NCBI GenBank assembly: GCA_951406725.2
Contig: OX597831.1
Span: 19,654,001 to 19,718,000, forward strand
From: Octopus vulgaris
Lineage: Eukaryota
DNA length: 64,000 bases
Reading direction: 5' to 3'
The position numbers and the translations under genes are program-made. Position 1 is the first letter of the stretch, and each line of letters opens with the position of its first letter. Under the pieces are notes generated by a model, which saw nothing but the letters and a program-made list of their open reading frames with translations, did not search any database and had not been told where the DNA came from. Shown here piece after piece: positions 56,841 to 64,000 of this stretch.

Positions 56841-56883
56841 TGTTATTTGTATTATTATTAAATATTTTAGTATTAATAGTATT

Positions 56884-56969
<86 letters not shown>

Positions 56970-57327
56970 CGGCAGCAGCAGCAGCAGCAGCAGCAGCAAT
57001 GCCAATGATGTTCTCAGTGATGCTGTGTTGGTGATGCCGACGGTGGTTTTTGTCTTGTTATTGTAGTTATACATTTTACTCGTTTTATATTCATCGTAAT
57101 TTATTAAAGATCAGAAACTGAATTTTAATTTAAAAAAAGTTCTTAGATTACTCATTAATTCGTAATAAGTCCTTATACAGCTGCATATACCATTTACTGT
57201 TATATTGCTTGCGCCCACAAATACTCACCCAACCGAACGCACAAGCACGGATGCACATAGGCAGATATTCACACACACATACACATACATACACACGCAC
57301 ACATACACAGGTACACACACACACACA

Positions 57328-57382
<55 letters not shown>

Positions 57383-57383
57383 T

Positions 57384-57422
<39 letters not shown>

Positions 57423-59280
57423 ATACTTTAGTCGATTGATTATGGATCGATTTAAGTGCAGAATTAACACATCATCGTATTATGTAACTCTAACTCATCC
57501 GAAACGTGCGTTAGCAAAATGTGGTTTACAAATTATAAAGCATGAATAAATAGTTCTTCATTTTTGGGGGGGAGTGTGATGCAACACTCTGAAATCTTCA
57601 AAAGCAAACTTTGGATTTACTAATCGAACAGGCGCACAACAATAATTCCTGTTATATAAGGCTCACAGCGGTTACCACTTGTTGATCTCGTTAACCAAGC
57701 ACCCTCACGACAGAGTGCTCAAAAATGTATTCGTCTGGATTTTACTATCGATTAGCTTATGTAGGCATATGCATATATGTATGTGTATATTTGATTGTAT
57801 GTGTGTGTGTGTATGTAGACATAGGTGTGGCACCTTGGGCAAGTGTTTTCTGTTATAACCTGGGGCCGACCAAAGCCTTGTGAGTGGATTTGGTAGACGA
57901 AAACTGAAAGAAGCCCAGCCCATTGTGTATATATATATATGTATATATATGTAATACATCCCAAATATTTTTGAACTAACCTGAAGCTTTTTTTATGTTT
58001 CGTCACTGCTTTCCGCAACTAGTTATGTATTTGAGTTGACCGGGCGGCCCACGGGCGCTCTAACAATTCTTCCACTGCATCATCCTGGGTTTCTGATTTA
58101 TTTTATCGACACCAGAAGGATGAAAACAAATTACACACTCGGCAGGGTTTGAAATCGGAACCTAAATAACTGGAACATACTACAAAGTGTTTTGTCTAGT
58201 ATTCTCAGTTTCTTTAACCCATTAGTGAAACAAAAGTTACCTTCCCGAATCATACCGACTCATAAGTGCCGGTTTCATGGCGTATATTTAATCCCCACCT
58301 GGACGGGACACCGGTCCGTCTCAGGATTACTCATTTTTGTCAGCTGAGTGGACTGGAGCAACAGAATGAAGTGTTTTACTCAAGAACAGACTGCATCCCC
58401 TGGTACAGGAATCGATTATGTGTCCTAACAACTAAGCCAGGCACCTCCACTCTCTAATCCACAGCCGTGGGCTGTTAGATTGCTTTATCAATCACTGAAT
58501 AATGAAATGCGATGAGGGCGCGGTAAGATTGGAAAACAGAACACAGCGAGTCACAGTGGTAAGAAAGTCACAAGAGCGCTGAACATGAGAAGGTCTTCAG
58601 AGAATGAAAACCCACTCAGACAAGTGTTTCGGGACTTAATTTCTTACACTCTACGGGTGTCGGGTCGCATCCAGGTCCTGACACCTGAGTACCTTTCAGC
58701 TGACACTTTTTAACCCCTTGGATATCGGAGAATTGCGCATGTAAGCCGCTTAAAGATTTCATAAAGCCGTAACACATCTTCGCTGATTCAGCTTTCGAAC
58801 TTATGCTTAAAAACAAAATAACGTTGGTTGTCATGGTAGCGGTGAAACGTCAACGCTATCACAACGATTAACTCGGTGTTTTTTTGGGGTTTTTTTGTCC
58901 GACGCTTTACTGATTCCAAGCCATGAAAAGTGAAATTCTATGTTCACAACTCATCCCATTAAATTGCTCCAGTAACTAAAGGAAACAGAAAAGAAATGAG
59001 TGCCAAGGTACCAGTCAGGAGGCGCATCAATGTGGACACGCCATCTGCTAGAAATAGCAACCAATCTGAACTCACGTGCACTCCGTTTTAAATAGAGAAG
59101 GATTTCCTGATATGTAAAAAGTATACGAAATGGTCACGGCTGGATCGCTTTTCATAGTTTTGTTTGATCAGAGTTGTTAACAATAACAGAAGCAACAACA
59201 AGAACAACAACGGCAGCCGCGGCAGCAACGACAAGAAAATGCTTTGAATAAAACAGTTTTCTAGGAGGGGGGGATGTTCT

Positions 59281-59875
59281 CTCTTCTTGTCTCTGTTTCT
59301 TCATCTTTCTCTCTTTCTATCACTGTCTCTCCCTCTCCTTCTCTCTCTTACTTTTCTTTCTTCCTCCCTGTCTCTCACTAACACATTCTTCCCTCTCTCT
59401 CCACCTACTCTCTCCTCCATCTGTGTTCCTCCCTCTCTCTTCTACCTCTCTCTCCTTCTACCTCTCTCTCCTTCTACCTCTCCCTCTATACTCTAACCTC
59501 TCTCTCCTCTCCCCTCTTTCCCTCTCTCCTCTCTCTTACTTTTTCTTTCTCTCTCTCTCTCTCTCTCACTAAACATTTTCCCTCTCCCTCCCTATCTTTG
59601 TTTCACCTACTCTCTTCTCCATCTATGTTGCTCCCTCTCTCTCTCTCTCTATTCTAACTTCCCTCTCTTCTCTTTCTCTCTCTCTTTCTCTCTTACTTTT
59701 TCTTTCTTTCTCTCTTTCTCATTAACACATTCATCCCTCTCCCTCCCCATCTCTATTCCTCCCACTGTCTCTTCCATCTATGTTCCTCCCACTCTCTTAT
59801 ACCTCTCTCCCTCTCCCTCTCTGTTCCAATATATCTCTTCTCCTTCTCCTTCTCTCTCTCTCTCTCCCTCTCTCC
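59281..59875. repeat. CT-rich diverged tandem repeat / polypyrimidine tract
   Basis: Recurring 'ctctcttacttttctttc..ctcactaacacatt..ccatctatgttcctccc' units. Confidence 0.75.
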
Positions 59876-60401
59876 AATAGACTCCTTCAACAATCATAGT
59901 TGTACCAATTTAACAATCAATAATCACAATTCTTGTTTCACAATTCTTTGACGACATTTTCGGTTTTATATGTTTACACCTCGTCCCCAGCACCACCACC
60001 ACCACCATCTCACCACCACCACCACCCAACCATTTTGCTTCCATCCCACCGACCTTTGCAGACACTTTAATAGTCTACAAAGTTATGTAGATCCCTCGAC
60101 AGGTCCACCTTTACATTATCGATCTTTGTTATACAACTTCAGGAAGAACTGTGTTGTCATCAAGAATGGAATAGTAAAATCGATTACCTGGTGTGCGTGT
60201 ATGTGTGCGTGCATTTGTTTATGTGTGCGTGTATGTGTGCGTGCATTTGTGTGTGCGTGTATGTGTGTGTGTGTGCGCGTGTGGTGATAGACAGATAGAT
60301 TGATATAATATTTTATATGAATATATATAAGAATTTAATATATATATATATATACAAGTATACATATATACATATATATATATATACATGTATACATACA
60401 T

Positions 60402-60441
<40 letters not shown>

Positions 60442-61061
60442 GCGTGTGTGTGTGTATGTATGCATACATATTTATATACAGCGTATATATACCCCCCCCC
60501 ACACACACACACAATTTTTGCTTTGCCAAGCATTAGCAAAGGTGATATTCGTGCTAACACAACACAATATATTCTTAAAGCATTCGTCGTTATTGTATTT
60601 TTATTGGTCCGAATTTATTCTAAATCTTAGAACGAATGCCATGCTACCAATTCTGATACACTCTCGTATGAATAACCATCACCATTTTCTTTATGGCCTC
60701 GTTCTTTTGGCGGGTGGAGGGGGGCTGATTATTTCTATTGTTTCATCGCATTTTACGAGACAACTAGGGAATCTATTTGTGCACTGCTTTCCCAAGAATC
60801 TAAAAGCAACAGCCAAATTTTCTTTAAACCACACATTGCTAAATTCATAAAAAAAAAATCGAAGAATACGCTGTGAATAATATAGTCGAGGCCAAAGCCT
60901 TCGAATAGACTGGAAGAGAAAAGAAGGAAAGACCAAAAGACCGGAGGGAAAGGATCGACAAAATCAACCTCGTTTTTCACCAAAATTGCCATGCAATCAA
61001 TATCATGGAGTTTTCTATACAAGAATTGGTCGACAGAAACATCAACGCCATTACCATAGAG

Positions 61062-61608
61062 CAGGGGTCGGCGAACCGGGGTAAATTACCCCAAGTGGAG
61101 TAAAAATGAAATTCTTGGCTGTAATGAGGACTCATTAGACATAAGTAAAATTATAGAAAAACGTGTTCCTTGTTACGACAGAAAATTTTCTTCTGGGATG
61201 AGGAGGCAGTCAAAAAGTTGCTACCTTTTGCAACAGCCTACCTTTGCAAACAAGGAGCTTCCACTCTATTTTAACATAAAAAGAAAGCAGAAAAAAACCC
61301 GAAGACTGTATCCTAATTGCTCTGGTATCAAAATACCCCAATTTTTATGTAATTGTAACACTAGTGAAGCATCATTTAATCCAAAGCCTGAAATGAAAAA
61401 GTTTCGAGAAAAATCCTTTTGTTTTCATAATGAGGATATTAATTTATTTTATCACATTTGTTTTATACCTTTTAGATTTATAATCGTATTCTCCACATAA
61501 GTAGATTCAATAAAACTTTTGAATTCAAAGAATCTTTGATTTTCTTCCTTTCAAATCAAGTGGGTAATGTCGGTATAAATAAATATATTTTGGGGTACTT
61601 GACCCCTG
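61062..61608 (+). mobile_element. hAT-family deletion derivative
   Basis: CAGGGGTC..GACCCCTG termini; internal FATAYLCKQGASTLF resembles the hAT dimerization domain. Confidence 0.65.
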
Positions 61609-61848
61609 TCACAAAGAAAGCGTTCAGCAAAGAAGAATCTAAATTCTCGGATACGAGATACAGCAGGCGACGACAATGACAAGTATTTAATATACTATAG
61701 ACGTAAGAAAAAGGAGGGGTACTTAAAAATTACAACATTGACTACAGCGGGTATATACGAGGGTGGGTAACTTGACTGCTGCATATAGGTAGTATCAGGG
61801 ATTCAGTGGGCAGTTATCAGTGGTCTGCCGTGGGACCAAGTCCTAATC

Positions 61849-61889
<41 letters not shown>

Positions 61890-62103
61890 ACGGAGCAAAT
61901 AATTCAAGAGAATATATTTACGAAGATATCATTGACTGTTATTATCTGTAATTCTCCTGAAGTATTTGCTCCGTATTGAAATTATTTTCACGCTGTTGGC
62001 TGCCATGATTCGGCGCAAAACGAATCAGTTACAGCGCAGACTTCAATGCGAATGGTTGTGGTTCTCCATCATGGTAACGTATGCTGAGGAAGGTGAGGCT
62101 ATT

Positions 62104-62205
62104 ATACTAGGCTTACAAAGAATAAGTCCTGGGGTCGATTTACTCGACTAAAGGTGGTGCTCCAGCATGGCCGCAGTCAAATGACTGAAACAAGTAAAAG
62201 AGTAA
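62104..62205 (+). mobile_element. SINE family A 3' tail
   Basis: Matches 20283-20385. Confidence 0.8.
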
Positions 62206-62310
62206 GCCCCCTCTAAAATATTTTGCCCGGTGCCTAAAATGTTGTTCAAATAGTGTTTAGTGTCCTAGATGGGGGTGCAAAAGCTATTAGGGTATGGCGG
62301 TCTACTATCT

Positions 62311-62356
<46 letters not shown>

Positions 62357-62357
62357 T

Positions 62358-62413
<56 letters not shown>

Positions 62414-63366
62414 TATCATTATCCATACTATATTGATTCAGCGTATAATTGATTCCAGATGATTGTTGTTGTTCTGGTGGTAGTCGTGGTTGTGGTGGTG
62501 GTAGTCGTGGTGGTGGTGGTGGTGGTCGTCGTCGTAGTGGTTATGGTGATACGGTATTGTAGTTTTTGTTGTTGTTGTTGCTTTTATTGTCTATTCGTGT
62601 GCGTTGTATGTACTGTAATCCATTCGAGTCTTCGGCATCGTTAAAGGTCTTCAATCTCCGCCGTTGAGAACAGGAACGGTAAATAATCTTGTGGAAATCG
62701 AGACACATCAAGATACAAAACAACTTTACTCTGCTTATCACAAAAGGAAAACACGATGACAGCAACAACAACAACCACCACTACTACTACTACTACTAAC
62801 AGAGCCGGTACAATAACGACGGTAAAAACACGCAACTATCACAAAAAGAAATTGATTGCAGTAATGTAGAATCTCAGAAAATAGAGACGCTTCGAGGTTT
62901 TCAAAAACTTTGTACAGTTTATCACTGAAGATGCATCAGCAACAACAACAAAAGCAAAAATTGAAGCAATACAGAATGGTTTTTAAGAGGAGAAATAAGC
63001 AGAGATCTCAAACGAAAATAATTAAGCGAAGCCTGTTTTTTATTTTTAAAACAGAGTTAGAATCAATAAAGTTTTTTATGGATATTTTTGTTTTTAAAAT
63101 TCCATGAAAATATTTCCTCCTGCTCACGCTGGAGATAAAACAGTTGCTAACAGTGTCGACAACGCTGTCGTTAGCACTGCAGATTACCTTCATTCAAACG
63201 TTAATACATTTGCAAACGCTCCGCTGATAATGCTGCAGATAGCACTGCTCATAACATTGATCTTACCGCAAGTGACTTCATTGTATACGACACTCGTAAG
63301 CACTGCAAATACTACGCGATAAGAATCGCATTAGCACTATCAATAATATTGTTGTTAGTAATGTTA

Positions 63367-63545
63367 TTGGGTTGTCCTGAAAGTTCGTGCCGATTTTTAA
63401 AGGAAAAAAAAAGGTCAATAAATACTTGCCATTACATTTTTAATCAACCAAATATAAATCATTTTGTTACACAATGCGTCTCCATCTTTCCTTTAACTTG
63501 AAAATACCCTCTTCCCAGAATTGAGGTGGTTTCACGGCAAAGAAT
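63367..63545 (-). mobile_element. Mariner terminal fragment (family of 23630-24200)
   Basis: Matches 23630-23808 including the TIR. Confidence 0.88.
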
Positions 63546-63654
63546 ATCTGATGAGAGAGGTCACTCCCACGTACACACAAAATTCTAAGTTATATGGAGC
63601 TGCGTCGAGCTATTATTGAATATACATACTTACATACATATATATGTCCGAAAT

Positions 63655-63771
63655 TGGCCTGCTCGCTTAGCCAGCGGGGTGGCGTCATTCGAAGGCTAAA
63701 ACAATGCGAACGCATTGTGACCAGCGATGTGTAAGAACATCTGAAGGTCTGGTCGGTCACATGATCACGTG
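63655..63771 (+). mobile_element. Short retroposed 3' fragment with 13-bp TSD
   Basis: ATATGTCCGAAAT at 63642-63654 and 63772-63784; tail CACATGATCACGTG. Confidence 0.7.
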
Positions 63772-64000
63772 ATATGTCCGAAATACATGCATATATACAC
63801 ACACACACACATACATATGTATATTTCGCAACCATGTTTGCAGCTTTAGTGATACTACATAGAACCTTGGAATAGGGTCTTCCCCCATAGCCTCGGGGCG
63901 ACTGCTCAAAAGATGAAGAGTCTATACAGTTACTAGCAGTGCTAGAAAATACTACACAAATCCCAACATGTCCTCATGAAAGAGGAAGGCAAAATTGCAG

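Overview
Eukaryotic, AT-rich intronic or intergenic DNA saturated with microsatellites; the SINE/LINE repertoire suggests an octopus-type cephalopod (inference). No host gene can be firmly called. Most listed ORFs are microsatellite read-through. The real coding content is transposon-derived: CR1-clade LINEs, R4/Dong-like RLE LINEs sitting in (TAA)n, Tx1/L1 3' ends, a Neptune-type Penelope element (RT thumb + GIY-YIG), Tc1/mariner, hAT and piggyBac remnants, and several tRNA-derived SINE families. The most striking hidden signal is at least 15 type I hammerhead-ribozyme (HHR) motifs, intact or decayed, from about 10 unrelated sequence families. Nearly all have palindromic stem III and several have unusually long stem II. 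They lie mostly in short non-coding elements with Penelope-style inverted/tandem architecture, next to (TA)n. These include a 488-nt retrozyme-like monomer and a tRNA-promoter + hammerhead element. All alignments and folds were done by eye.
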